From Octopus sinensis (lineage: Eukaryota), in contig NC_042998.1 in the NCBI RefSeq assembly GCF_006345805.1, forward strand, positions 196,106,001 through 196,170,000: 64,000 nucleotides of DNA, read 5' to 3'. Shown in pieces: positions 12,602-26,199 of this stretch. The translations under genes and the position numbers were made by a program. The notes beneath the pieces were generated by a model. The model did no database searches, had not been told where the DNA came from, and saw nothing but the letters and a program-made list of their open reading frames with translations. Numbering within the stretch: the stretch's first letter is position 1; each line of letters starts with the position of its first letter.

Positions 12602-13080
12602 CTTCTATGTTTTTGAGACGAGGAATTATGTACATTATTTGCAATGGATGCTTAGATGCCCTCATCTTGTTTGTTGTTACCACAACATTTCGGCTGATGT
12701 ACTCTCCAGCCTTCATCAGGTGTTCTGATAGGATTTCAAACCCAACCCTTTATTAGACTAACGGGGTACTCTGTTCTCATTTCTAAGGTATTCTATTTAC
12801 TGATGTTATTTTTTGAAGATATTATGCCCATAGACATATAGTGTAGTAAATAAGAGCTACTAACACTCGGATTCTGGGTTCAAACCCAAGCAGGGAAGTG
12901 GAAAATAATATCTACATAAAAAATAGAATCTGCAAAAAAGAATACCTTAAGGATGAGAACAGGGTATCCCATTAGTGAAATAAAGGGTTGGGTTTGAAAT
13001 TCCACCAGGACACCTGATGAAGGCTGGAGAGTACATCAGACGAAATGTTGTGGTAATAACAAATAAGATGAGGGCATCCA
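12602..13080. mobile_element. Diverged family A unit: inverted body, degenerate tRNA head, body; two hammerheads
   Basis: About 12657-12790 is the reverse complement of about 12940-13080. CTGATGA...GAAA cores at 12679-12724 (-) and 13009-13054 (+). Confidence 0.72.
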
Positions 13081-13159
13081 TTGACTCCCTTTTGACTCAT
13101 TTTTTAATTTCTGCCAATTAAATCGAAAAAATATATTTATGTTTTGGAATTTATTTTTC

Positions 13160-13525
13160 TAGTAGTATGCTTCCAAACCACATGGTTCTGGGATCAATCC
13201 CACTGGGACAAGTGTTTTCTACCATAGCCTCTGGACCAAACTAAAGCCCTGTTAGTGGATTTGGTAGATGGAAACTGAAAGAAGCCTATATACGTGTGTG
13301 TATGTGTGTGTGTCTTTGTGTCTGTGTTTGTACCCCGCCCTTGTTTTACAACCAATGCTGGTTTGTTTACATCCTGTAACTTAATGTTTCAATGAAAGAA
13401 ATTGATAGATTAAGTACCAGACTTTAAAAAGAAAAAAGTTCTGGGGTTGATTCATTTGACTAAAATACTTCAAGGCAGTGCCCCAGCATGGCCACAGTTT
13501 AGTAACTGAAACAAATAAAAGATGA
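13160..13525 (+). mobile_element. SINE family B, diverged
   Basis: gtggatttggtagatggaaactgaaagaagcc plus tail. Confidence 0.7.
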
Positions 13526-13574
13526 AAAATGTGTGTGTGTGTGTATGTTGTATTAGCTGTATTATATCTATATT

Positions 13575-13803
13575 TTTTTTTTTACTACCCACAAGGGGCT
13601 AAACACAGAGAGTACAAACAAGGACAGACAGACAGATTAAAGTCGATTATATTGACCCCAGTGCGTAACTGGTACTTATTTAATCGACCCTGAAAGGATG
13701 AAAGGTAAAGTCGACCTCGGCGGAATTTGAACTCATAACGTAGCGGCAGACGAAATACAGCTACACATTTCGCCCGGCGTGCTAACGTTTCTGCCAGCTT
13801 GCC
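13575..13803 (-). mobile_element. SINE family M
   Basis: Match to 10651-10883. Confidence 0.85.
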
Positions 13804-14641
13804 TGTATTATATCATAAAATAAAATGCGTGTCTCATATCCAGTTACCTATTAGTAGTGCTAGATTTAGATGAAAAGAGGCCCTGGGCCTCTCTTCATTT
13901 ATGAGGCACCTCTCAAAAGATTTCACAATGTCAAAGGCATTATAACATCTTGGTCAGAGCCCCCTCCTTCTTCTCTGATTTTCCGGCCTGCTAACACTAC
14001 ATATAGCAATCCTACCTTGCCCACTGCACCTCTTCCTTTCTAATCAATAGCTTTAACAAACCTCACCCAACACGTCACCATTAGTCAAGGATTCGGTTTT
14101 AGCTGAGATCCTCTTCAAAGTTCTTCTCGGTGAATTATAGTTTGGAAACAAAAGCAAAACAGAAAATTGAGTTTCCCACGGTTTAAAAAGCAGGTTTCAG
14201 GGCGAACATTAACTCGTATTGTTTAGTACAAAGCTAAGTTAAGTAATCTCATTGTATTAACGACAGTATTTACAATTTAACTTATAAGAGGTGGGGGTTA
14301 AAAGGGGATGGGTAGAAGTAATACAAGATCTCCCACGGAGCTCATTTCTAGTTAACGGATGGCTTATGTAAACTAACGGCTAAGCATGGACTTAAGCGGT
14401 TTTGTTTAATTAGAGAGAAATCATTGTTGCTTCATTAATTTTCTTCTTCATTGGACTGATCTCGGGGGGGGGGGGTGTAACGACAATAAATCTCCTTTGC
14501 CCCCTTTTTCTTCAGAAATGGAAGGCTGAACGTCAGCGACACCAGACCCTGACTGTCCAGGTGGAGACGGGGCTGCAGGAGGATCATGTGTACTGCCACA
14601 CCCACTTTGACTAGTTTTATGTATATATATATATATACGTA

Positions 14642-14683
<42 letters not shown>

Positions 14684-14692
14684 ATATATATA

Positions 14693-14741
<49 letters not shown>

Positions 14742-14748
14742 CATATAC

Positions 14749-14827
<79 letters not shown>

Positions 14828-15447
14828 TGATAGATAGATAGATATATATACATACATATATATATATGTATATATACACACACATGTATATATGTATGTA
14901 TATATTATGCATACATATATGCACACACACACATATGTATATATCCATGTGTATACACTTATGTGTATATTCCTTTATTAGTTTCAATCAGTGAACCTTG
15001 CTAAGATTTCCTTTGAGAGATTAGTCAATCATATCGACCTGGGTGTGTGTGTGTGTGTGCGTGTGTGTTTGTGTGTGTGTGTGCGTGTGTGTGTGCGTGT
15101 GTGTGTGTTTTATAGGTGATGGAACAAAGCCATGGTTTACCCATTAATTTGTATACCATATTGTCTGTATCTCCTTTATTTAAGACAGTAAAGTACATCA
15201 CACACACACACACACACACACGTACACCTAACTCTGTATACACACATTTTCATTTTATGTATTCATTGGTTCCGGCTCTCTGCCACAATGATTTATTTTT
15301 CAGAAAACAAAACAAACCTAAGATTAAATTCCCCACAGTTGATACCCAGATTTCAGCAATCTGGTGAGATCAAGTTTGCCCTCCACCCTCCCAAAGTCAG
15401 CTGAGAGTGGTTGGCTGGTTTCGTTACTTGAGTAAAGGACAGGAGGA

Positions 15448-15800
15448 GGCGCAATGGCCCAGTGGTTAGGGCAGCAGACTCGCGGTCGTAGGATCGCGCT
15501 TTCGATTCCCAGACCGGGCGTTGTGAGTGTTTATTGAGCGAAAACACCTAAAGCTCCACGAGGCTCCGGCAGGGGATGGTGGTGATCCCTGTTGTACTCT
15601 TTCACCACAACTTTCTCTCGCTCTTACTTCCTGTTTATGTTCTACCTGTATTTCAAAGGGCCGGCCTTGTCACTCTCTGTGTCATGCTGAATATCCCCGA
15701 GAACTACGTTAAGGGTACGCGTGTCTGTGGAGTGCTCAGCCACTTACACGTTAATTTCACGAGCAGGCTGTTCCGTTGATCATAACCGACGGAGTGCTTC
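15448..15800 (+). mobile_element. tRNA-derived SINE family D
   Basis: Head ggcgcaatggcccagtggttagggcagcagactcgcggtcgtaggatcgcgctttcgattccc; body shared with 21658-22385. Confidence 0.8.
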
Positions 15801-16032
15801 CATCCATGATTCTTGGCCTCTCTCTTTGGCTGCTCTTCACATTCTGGGCTCAAATTCCATTTTGGTGCCAATAGCTGGAGCTATTCACTTGACTGTGGGT
15901 CCACTTTTGACCAACCTGCAATCAACCAGCTTAGACAGGTTGTTGATGAGGCAGGAACAGAGTCACTGAGCAGGCATAAGATGGATTAGTTTGAGGTAGT
16001 TGGGTTTAATGGCTGAATGGGGTTGTCATGAA

Positions 16033-16375
16033 TCATCATCATCATCGTTTAACGTCCGCTTTCCATGCTAGCATGGGTTGGACGATTTGACTGAGGACTG
16101 GCAAACCAGATGGCTGCGCCAGGCTCCAATCTTGTTCTGGCAGAGTTTCTACAGCTGGATGCTCTTCCTACGCCAACCACTCCAAGTGTGTAGTGGGTGC
16201 TTTTAAAGTGCCACCAGCAGGAGGGCCAGTCCGGCAGTACTGGAAACGGCCACACTAGAAAATGGTGTTTTTTACGTGCCACCTTCATGGGAGTCAGTCC
16301 AGCAGCACTGGCAATGACCTCGCTCGAATGTTTTGTTCACGTGCCACCAGAACAAGTGCCAGTGAGGCGATGCTG
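16033..16375 (-). mobile_element. Family C retroposon
   Basis: (CAT)n then gtttaacgtccgctttccatgctagcatgggttggacg. Confidence 0.75.
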
Positions 16376-16656
16376 ACATACAAGGAAATCATACAAGGAA
16401 ATATTGGTTATGTAGTGACTGTAAACATATTTGATGTAGGGAGCATCGAAATGATTTATAAAAATAATTGTAAAGTCGTGGAAGAGGGAAGTAACTCCAG
16501 TCATGTTCAAGTCTTATTAAACCTCCTCAACAAGGCACAAATTTTCCTCTGTACTTGCTGATGTTGCGATTTGATAATCACCAAGAAGACACACAAGAGT
16601 AGGTGTGAGAATATTCAACCTTTAGTTTACAGTGTTAATCTCAAGTGGTGGTGGCC

Positions 16657-16690
<34 letters not shown>

Positions 16691-16723
16691 CAGCAGCAGC
16701 AGCAGCAGCAGAAGTAGTAATAT

Positions 16724-16759
<36 letters not shown>

Positions 16760-16815
16760 AGTAGTAGTAGCAGCAGAAGTAGTAGTAGTAGTAGTGTAGT
16801 AGTAGTAGTAGTAGT

Positions 16816-16846
<31 letters not shown>

Positions 16847-16873
16847 TAGTAGTAGTAGTAGTAGTAGTAGTAA

Positions 16874-16908
<35 letters not shown>
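16657..16908. repeat. (TAG/CAG)n microsatellite
   Basis: Direct reading. Confidence 0.95.
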
Positions 16909-17169
16909 ATTAGGAAGTTTGAGTCAGTCAACCTGTCCACTCCCACAAATACGTATTATTTCGTGAAATATGCACTAAATGACACACACACACACAACAC
17001 ACAACACGTACACACACACACATACACACACACACATACACACACACACACACAACACACACAACACATACACACACATAACACATTGCTATCTTCATCT
17101 CTCCCCCCCTCACCCCTCACCCCACCCCCCATAGATAGTATCCTTATCTCACTGATGTTACAAACATTG

Positions 17170-17525
17170 TTACTCTTTTACTTGTTTCAGTCGTTTGACT
17201 GCGGCCATGCTGGAGCACTGCCCTTTAGTCAGACAAATCGACCCCCACCCCTCCCCAGAACTCATTCTTTGTTAAACCTGGTACTTATTCCGTCAGTCTC
17301 TTTTGACGAACCTCTGAGTTACGCAGCAATGTAAACAAACCAACACCGGTTGTCAAGCGATAGTGGGGGGGGACAAACACAGACACACAAACACATATTT
17401 TGTGTGCATATATACAACGGGCTTCTTTCAGTTTCCGCCTACCAAATCCACTGACAAGGCTTTGGTCGACCTGAGGCTATAGTAGAAGACACTTGCCCAA
17501 GGTGCCACGCAGCGGGACTGAACCA
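17170..17525 (-). mobile_element. SINE family B
   Basis: Reverse-complement match lacking part of the head. Confidence 0.75.
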
Positions 17526-19207
17526 TGAGGAGCCGTGCCAAAGCAGGCATTGAAACTCCCTGCAGTTCTTTGGTTCATTGGATCCTGTTGAACAGTGCAA
17601 CCCATGCCAGCATGGAAGATGGGCATTAAATGCTGCTGCTGATGATGATGATGATGATGAGTATGAAGTTGGTAGTGGTGGTGGGGGGGTCGGGGTCAGA
17701 GAGAAGTAGTAAGGGAAAGAGAAGATAAGCCACAGAGGATTTCCTTGTTCTGTTCGACAAAACTAATTTCCAGTCAGATAATAACCATAATCTCCAGGAG
17801 TTAATCCGCCCATATTTCCTGGCGAGATTAACTCCAACAAAGCTAGCTGCAGAATATTAATCTCGATCATGAAACTCGAATTTCTTACATTCTCTCACAA
17901 TGTCTTCTTATGTGAGAATGACATGGGATGTCTCCTCTCAATCTTCTCTCTTTCAGTGATGGCTCGTGTATACCCCACTGTAGAACTGCAGTGTCCCCTA
18001 TTTCCACTCGATATTATCGATGACATTCAATATAATGAGTCCTTTTTCCTTTAATTCTTTCTTTATACTCATACGTTATATAATCCTTAAGCTTAATGCC
18101 AGTAGCTGTCCCCTAGTTTATGAAAAAAATACAAAAATCCTTGTATAGAACTGTGCACTTCACAGTTCCAGTGACGCGGTGTTTAGCTGTTGTGCGCATG
18201 CTCAAAAGTCCGAGATAGGAAGCTTCATGCTAGGGAGAAAGAGCACTGTCGTTCACTCAGTGCTGGGGGAAAGATAGTGTTCCTTTTTGACTCCATGTAT
18301 GTTGTGCTTAAAAACGTGTTTATATTCTTGAATGTGATAAAGTGTAGAATTAAATTATTATCCTGCTTCCAGCTTCAGTGTTACTGCCAGGATTATTTTG
18401 TGATTTAGGGGGGATTTTTGAAAACCAAGGTGGAAGTAGCACCCCCACTAATTTTATCTACGAGACACCACTGCCTCTGGCATACATCTATTTGTTATGA
18501 GAAAATACATCACAGATGTTAACTTCTCAGAGATGCCATCTGCATGGAAAACTATAGTTAAACTAGTGTTAACAGTGTTAATGAAGTCACTAGAAAAAGA
18601 AAGACCTGTCTAATTATTAGTAATTATGTAATGAGGAAAAGACAGCAAAAAGATTTTGATTAAGTGTGTTATATATCATCATCATCATCATCATCATCAT
18701 TATCAAGTGTTTTAAATCCAGGTTTTGTCCCCGTTAACAGGGGTGGCCAGATCTACCTCGATGCCATAGCAACCAAGGTAGGCAGGTGAAGCCCACCCTA
18801 ACCTTTGGGTTGGTTGGTACCCATTCTCCTTTGCTACCATGAGGCCTTTTTGGAACTGGATTGATTTTCTACGGGGAGCATGCCCTTGCTTACCCCCCCA
18901 ACCTCAGTTTCTAGACACGAGTGGTCCCAAGACCAAGGCCTCAACCACGATTTTTAAGAAATGCGGTGGACAACTATCTCAGGAAGGCGGGGAACGCTAC
19001 TCCCTGAGACCCCTTTCAGACCCCCACTACCTATATAGTAGATTAATATTCTATGCTATTGTTTGGGGAAAGAAGCAGGGTATGTCTTCTCTGAGGAGGG
19101 ATCAACAAACTGTGAAACAGTTCTTCTGAGGCCTCTTTCACTCTCTCTCTCTCTCTCTCTCTGTCTGTCTGTCTGTCTCTCTCTCTCTGTCTCTCTCTCT
19201 CTCTCTT

Positions 19208-19238
<31 letters not shown>

Positions 19239-19761
19239 ATCTATCTCTTCTGCATATTAATAGTATAAAAATAATGTGTTTGGTTAACCAATGCCTTAAT
19301 CATTTTCTATGAGTGTGTTGTATTTTACACACACATACGCACACACACACACACACACACAATACCAGACATTCCTAATAAAGAATGACACAGTAGCAAT
19401 CAATGACACACTTTGGCTGTTCCATAACCTTGACTTCTCCCTCACAACAGGAATCTCGTTAAAGAATTTTTTTTTAATTTTAATTCAAAGGTAATAAAAA
19501 AAGGAAAAGTGTTTTTAACGATCAATAAATTCTGTTTTATGGGGAGTAAAGTTCCTGCAGAACTAAATAAGCAAACCCAAAGCGCAAATGGATGCATACA
19601 GGGGAAGATGGGGGGCCCAGAGATGATGATGATGATTCTAACAACTTGCCACATGGAGTTTGTCTAAAAGTGGTTTCAAATTTTTGACACTATTCCGGGG
19701 GTGGGGTGGGGGAGTAAGACAATTACATCAACCCCCAGTACTCAACCGGTACTTATTTTTA

Positions 19762-19995
19762 AGGCGGCGAGCTGGCAGAAACGTTAGCACGCCGGGCGAA
19801 ATGCTTAGCGGTATTTCGTCTGCGTTACGTTGTGAGTTCGAATTCCGCCGATCTCGACTTTGCCTTTCATCCTTTCGGGGTCGATAAATTAAGTACCAGT
19901 TACGCACTGGGGTCGATGTAATCGACTTAATCCGTTTGTCTGTCCTTGTTTGTCCTCTCTGTGTTTAGCCCCTTGTGGGTAATATAAGAAATAGG
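19762..19995 (+). mobile_element. SINE family M
   Basis: Full-length match. Confidence 0.85.
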
Positions 19996-20145
19996 TACTT
20001 ATTTTTATTGATCCCAAAAGGACAAATGCAGAAAAGTCAAAGTCAACCCTGGTGGCATCTGGACTCAGAACATATAAAAATGGGACAAAATGCTGCATAG
20101 AAATTTGGTCGACGTGGCAACGATTTTTCCAGCTTTCCACCTTGA

Positions 20146-20391
20146 CCCATTCGTGCCGAAGTTTTTCTAGTGAGTGAAATTGCTTGCAAATTCACAGAAA
20201 CTATTAATTTGACCTAAATAATAAATGAAAAAAAATTTCATTGAAATGCGTTTGATACAGACTTCATACGTGTTAAGAACCTGTTTCATTCTTTGATACA
20301 GATCATACACAAATCACAATTTGTATCAAGTATTTGTTTTACACCCTTACAAATTAAGGGTCAGTTTAAACGGACGATCAGCATGAATGGG
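20146..20391. mobile_element. piggyBac-type MITE
   Basis: TIR cccattcgtgccga / tcagcatgaatggg; flanks ttga and ttaa. Confidence 0.55.
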
Positions 20392-20416
20392 TTAAGTTTG
20401 TTTAATATTGCTAAAC

Positions 20417-21345
20417 GGAGTGGCTGTGTGGTAAGTAGCTTGCTTACCAACCACATGGTTCCGGGTTCAATCCCACTGCATGGCACCTTGGATAATTGTC
20501 TTCTACTATAGCCTCGGGCCAACCAAAGCCTTGTGAGTGGATTTGGTAGACGGAAACTGAAAGAAGCCTGTTGTATATATGTATATGTATATATATGTAT
20601 ATATATATATATGTTATATGTATATATATATATGTATATGTATATATATATATATGTTATATGTATATATATATATGTATATGTATATATATATATATGT
20701 ATATATATAACGTTGGCGTTAGAAAACACTACCAGATCTGACTGGCCTGGTGCAGCCTTCGGGCTTCCCAGACCCCAGTTGAACCATCCAACCCATGCTA
20801 GCATGGAAAGCGGACGTTAAATGATGATGATGATGATGATGATGATGATATATATATATATGTATGTGTGTGTGTATGTGTCTATATATAAAAAAAAACA
20901 TGATTTTCCTTGACCGTTGCCAGTACTGCCTGAGTGGCCTTCATGCCAGTGGCACGTAAAAGCACCCACTACACTCTCAGAGTGTTTGGCATTAGGAAGG
21001 GCATCCAGCTGTAGAAGCTCTGCCAAATCAAGATTGGAGCCTGGTGCAGATATCTGGTTCGCCAAACTCAGTCAAATTGTCCAACCCATGCTAGCATGGA
21101 AAGCGGACGTTAAACGATGATAATGATGATGATATATGTGTCTGTGTTTGTCCCCCCAACATCACCTGACAACCGATGCTGGTGTGTTTACGTCCCCGTA
21201 ACTTAGCGGTTCGGCAAAAGAGACTGATAGAATAAATACTAGGCTTACAAAGAATAAGTCCTGGGATCAATTTGCTCGACTAAAGGCGGTGCTCCAGCAT
21301 GGCCGTAGTCAAACGACTGAAACAAGTAAAAGGGTATAAAAGAGT
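20417..21345 (+). mobile_element. SINE family B split by two family C insertions in its microsatellite
   Basis: Head 20417-20575, tail 21135-21345; family C copies at 20712-20848 and 20915-21133. Confidence 0.75.
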
Positions 21346-21657
21346 CTATGACAGAATGGATCTCAGGACACAGCCGAGAATATACAAAGCATTAAAATAA
21401 TGCAAGAGACAGGGTAACACATGTAAGTATCTGGTGCCAAGGTTGAGATTTTGGAACAGGTTTATTCTTGCTTTGCTAATTGCAGGAATATAGGACACAT
21501 CACTTTGATTCCTGCACAGTGACTTGCTGGCTGTTTTCCAACTTAATACCCTTCTACCCATTGCATGCGTGTATCTGTGTGTCTACGCACACATACACAT
21601 CATAAAGAAGAATGGGGAATTCTATATCTTCAAAACTTGTTTATTACAGTATTGTGT

Positions 21658-22385
21658 AGGCGCAATGGCCCAGTGGTTAGAGCAGCGGACTTGTGGTTGT
21701 AGGATCGTGGTTTCACCTCCCAGACCAGGCATTGTGAATATTTATTGAACGAAAACACCTAAATCTCCATGACGCTCCGACAGGGGTGGGTTGGCGAATC
21801 CTGCTGTACTCTTTCACCACAACTTTCTCTCATCCTTTCTTCCTGTTTCTCTTGTACCCGTATTTCAAAGGGGCCAGCCTTGTCACACTCTATGTCATGC
21901 TAAATCTCCCCTGAGAACTACGTTAAGGGTCTCTGGAGTGCTCAACCACTTGCATGTTAATTTCATAAGCTGGCTGTTCTGCTGATTGGATCAACCAGAA
22001 TCCTTGTCATTGTAACCGACAGAGTGCTCCTTTCATGGAGTCATAGGATCGCGGTTTCGATTCCCAGACCGGGCGTTGTGAGTGTTTATTGAGGGAAAAC
22101 ACCCAAAGCTCCACGAGGCTCCAGCAGAGGGTGGTGGAAAACCCTACTGTATTTCTTTCACCGCAACTTCCTCTCACTCTTTCTTCCTGTTTCTGTTGTA
22201 CCTGTATTTCAAAGGGGCCAGCCTTGTCACACACTGTGTCACACTGAATCTCACCCGAGAACTACATTCAGGGTACACGTGTCTGTGGAGTACTCAGCCA
22301 CTTGCACGTTAATTTCACGAGCAGGCTGTTCCGTTGATCGGATCAACTGGAACCCTCGTTGTCGTAACTGACAGAGTGCTCCTTT
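21658..22385 (+). mobile_element. Two tandem family D SINEs
   Basis: Copies at 21658-22032 and 22037-22385. Confidence 0.8.
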
Positions 22386-22803
22386 AACAAGAACTGGTCA
22401 CTTCAAATGTTCTGATTTTTGCGTTACACAGAGAGGATTATCAACATCACACACACACACATACGTCATTTGTCTTCTATCTTTTACTTGTTTTAGTCAT
22501 TAAAACTATGGCCATGCTGGGGCACCACCTTTTTTGCTTAACCACTAAGTTATAGGGACATAAACACACCAACAGCAGTTCTGAAGCACTTGTAGGGGAC
22601 AAACAGACACAAAGACACACATCGATATGCATGCATATATCATCATCATCATCATCATCGTTTAACGTCCGCTTTCCATGCTAGCATGGGTTGGATGGTT
22701 CAACTGGGGTCTGAAGCCAGAAGGCTGCATCAGGCCCAGTCTGATCTGGCAGTGTTTCTACAGCTGGATGCCCTTCCTAACGCCAACCACTCCGTGAGTG
22801 TAG

Positions 22804-22834
<31 letters not shown>

Positions 22835-23204
22835 CAGAAAGAAGCCTGTCATATATATATATGACAGGCTTCTTTCAGTTTTTATGTACCATATCCACCC
22901 ACAAGACTTTGGTTCGCCCGTGGCTGTAGTAAAGATACTCGCCCAGGTTATCATGCAGTGGGACTGAACCCAGAACCATGTGGTTGGGAAGCAAGCTTCT
23001 TGGCACATTGCCATGCCTGCTGTTATGTATACATATATAGACACCTGAAATATATAAAGTTACTCAATATGCACATACCCAGATACCAACACATGCATAC
23101 ACACACAAAGAGGGGCACAGAATATATATGCATACATATATATCACCCCAGATAAGCAGTATGTGCATTCTACACAGTTATATATATATATATTATATAT
23201 ATAT

Positions 23205-23580
23205 ACTCTTTTACTCTTTTACTTGTTTCAGTCATTTGACTGCAGCCATGCTGGAGCACCGCCTTTAGTCGAGCAACTCGAACCCGGGACTTATTCTTTT
23301 GTAAGCCTAGTACTTATTCTATCGGTTTCTTTTGCCGAACCGCTAAGTGACGGGGACGTAAACACACCAGACATACAAACACACACACATACACATACAT
23401 ATATATACATATATACGACAGGCTTCTTTCAGTTTCCGTCTACCAAATCCACTCACAAGGCATTGATCGGCCTGGGGCTATAGTAGAAGACACTTGCCCA
23501 AGGTGCCACGCAGTGGGACTGAACCCGGAACCATGTGGCTGGTTAGCAACCTACTTACCACACAGCCACTCCTGCGCCTA
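23205..23580 (-). mobile_element. SINE family B
   Basis: Reverse-complement match. Confidence 0.85.
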
Positions 23581-23584
23581 TATA

Positions 23585-23940
23585 TATATTAGAAGAAATG
23601 AGGTACTTAGAAGTACGGATGGTTTATATTTACAGATATTTATTTGTATATTACATTTTTTATATATATATCATATCACTTAGATCATTAGCGCTTTCTC
23701 CCATTCTAGTGGGGTTTCAAATCAAAATAAGTTCCTGTGTGGGGAATTTTAATCATTTTATAGAGTTTCGTAGTGGTGGGGAGGAATATAAGACAGTACT
23801 GTCTTATATAAGTGATATGATATATATATAAAAAATGTAATATACAAATAAATATCTGTAAATATAAACCATCCGTACTTCTAAGTACCTCATTTCTTCT
23901 AATATATAAAACCTGTACATCATCTCCAAACCTTCCAATA
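23585..23940. mobile_element. Fold-back short element in (TA)n with degenerate hammerhead-like fold (family U)
   Basis: About 23585-23682 is inverted at about 23808-23908, with a ~30-nt extension on the right arm only; homologous to 39477-39772. Confidence 0.65.
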
Positions 23941-24572
23941 TATATATATATATATATATATCATGATGATGATGATGATATATATATAAATAACTGTTTT
24001 ATATATATATATAACCATCTCACCTACACACCCAAACAAAGTACTCCCCTCCACTCCAACGCACACACACACACACACAACCAGGCAACTACCTATACAT
24101 TCACAGATGCTTAGCAAGTCATTGACATATGCACACGCATACACAGAAATCCACATCCATCTTACCTCAAAGTCACGCGCACACACACACACAAATACAA
24201 GCACACACACCCCGCCACATGCCTACCCCGGTAATCCACCCAGACTGCTGGATGGGTTGCTAACACTGCTGTTGCAAACTGTGGTATGTTAGCTATGTAT
24301 AGGCTTGATGGTGCAGCAACACCACTGCTGCTGCTGCCACCACCATCATACCATCCACGCTAGCGCCACAAGGACACCACTGCTGGACTGCCACATTGGG
24401 GTCAACGACTTGCTGGATTTGCTAAACACAAACCATTGAGAGAAACCCATTGTGTGTGTGTGTGTAATATATATAAAAGGCAATGCTCCAACATGGCCAC
24501 AGTCAAATAATTGAAACAAGTAAAAGATATATATGAATGTATATATATATGTGTGTATATATATATATGTAT

Positions 24573-24604
<32 letters not shown>

Positions 24605-24757
24605 CCGGAATAAACACATAAATGTGAAACAGGTGGAAAAAAGAGTACTCAAATACCAGAGGTAGAGTAATATGCTTTATTTAAAGCAGCAGAAAATTCT
24701 ACAAAACCATTTCTGCTGCTTTTAAATAAAGTATATATATATATGTATGTGTGTGTA

Positions 24758-25830
24758 TCATCATCGTCGTTTAACGTCCACTTTCCATGCTGGCATGGCT
24801 TGGACGGTTTGACTGAGGTCTGGCGAATCAGATGGCTGCACTAGGCTCCAATCTGATCTGGCAGAGTTTCTACAGCTGGATGCCCTTCCTAACGCCAACC
24901 ACTCCATGAGTGTAGTGGGTGTTTTTTTACATGCCACCAGCACAGGTGCCAGGGAAGGCTGGGAACGGCCACGATCAGTTGATGCTTTTTACTTGCCTCA
25001 AGCATGGAAGCCAGTCAAAGCGGCGCTGGCATCGGCCATGTTCGGATGGTGCTTTTTACGTGCCACCAGCACAGGTATCACAACTACAATTTCCATTTGA
25101 TCTTTTGTTGTACTTGACTCAATAGGTTTCCTGAAGCACAGCAGGTCGCCCTACGATCCAAGGTAAGCACAGTAGGCCGTCCTGCAATCCGAGGCACTTT
25201 GGATGGGCTGGGGCTTCTATGCGAAGCTAGAGCAGGAAACAGCCATGAATGTTATTTGTCGGGTCTTCGCAGTCACAGCATAAAACATTTAACTCTTTAA
25301 AACTAAAACAGTCATTTAAGTTACCTATTCATGAATGTATGGAATTAAGGATTTGTTATTTTTAGTTGCATATAGGCACAGGTGTGGCTGTGTGGTAAGA
25401 TGCTTGCTTCTCAACCAAATGGTTCTGAGTTCAGTTCCAGTGCATGGCACCTTGGACTGACCAATCCTTGTGAGTGAATTTGGTAGATGAGGACTGAAGG
25501 ACCCCTGTCATATTGTCATATCATCATCATCTTCATCATCATCATCATCGTTTAACGTCCACCTTCCATGCTGGCATGGGTTGGATGGTTTCACAAGAGC
25601 TGGGCAGACAGAAGCCTGCACCAGACTTCTGTGACTGTTTTGGCAGGATTTTTACAGCTGGATGCCCTTTCTAACACCAACCATTCAGCAGAGTGGACTT
25701 AGTGCTTTTTAGGTGGAACAAGCACAGGCAGGGTCAGTTTTGGCAAAGTTTTTACAGCTGGGTGCCCTTCCAAATGCCAACCATTTTACAATGTGGACTG
25801 GGTGCTTTTAAGTGGCACCTGCACTGACAG
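24758..25830 (-). mobile_element. Family C copies (24758-25280, 25523-25830) around a family B head
   Basis: Same diagnostic motifs as other family C copies. Confidence 0.65.
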
Positions 25831-26199
25831 GGTCACCAAGTACCTTGCAAGCCAAAAATAATTTCAAGAGGGGAGCGGGGCATACAAAATATAAAATATG
25901 GGGATTTAGTTCACAGGTGATCTAAATGATTAGGTTCGCTAGGTAAGTGCTGTAATGGATTACTAGGGCTCCAAGGTTATAGCTGAGACAGTAGATATGG
26001 AGCCTTCACTACGTGTAAGCACAAATTCTTCTGCACTTTTAAATTCTTTCGTAAATCTAAATGTAAGTCCCCCCCCACGAATAACACCCACATACAAACC
26101 TCCTGGATCATTAACACATACCCCCTCTATATCTCTTCTATCAACCTTACCTCATCACTCTATGTATGCACAACAAGAGATTAATAGAATAAGTAAAAG

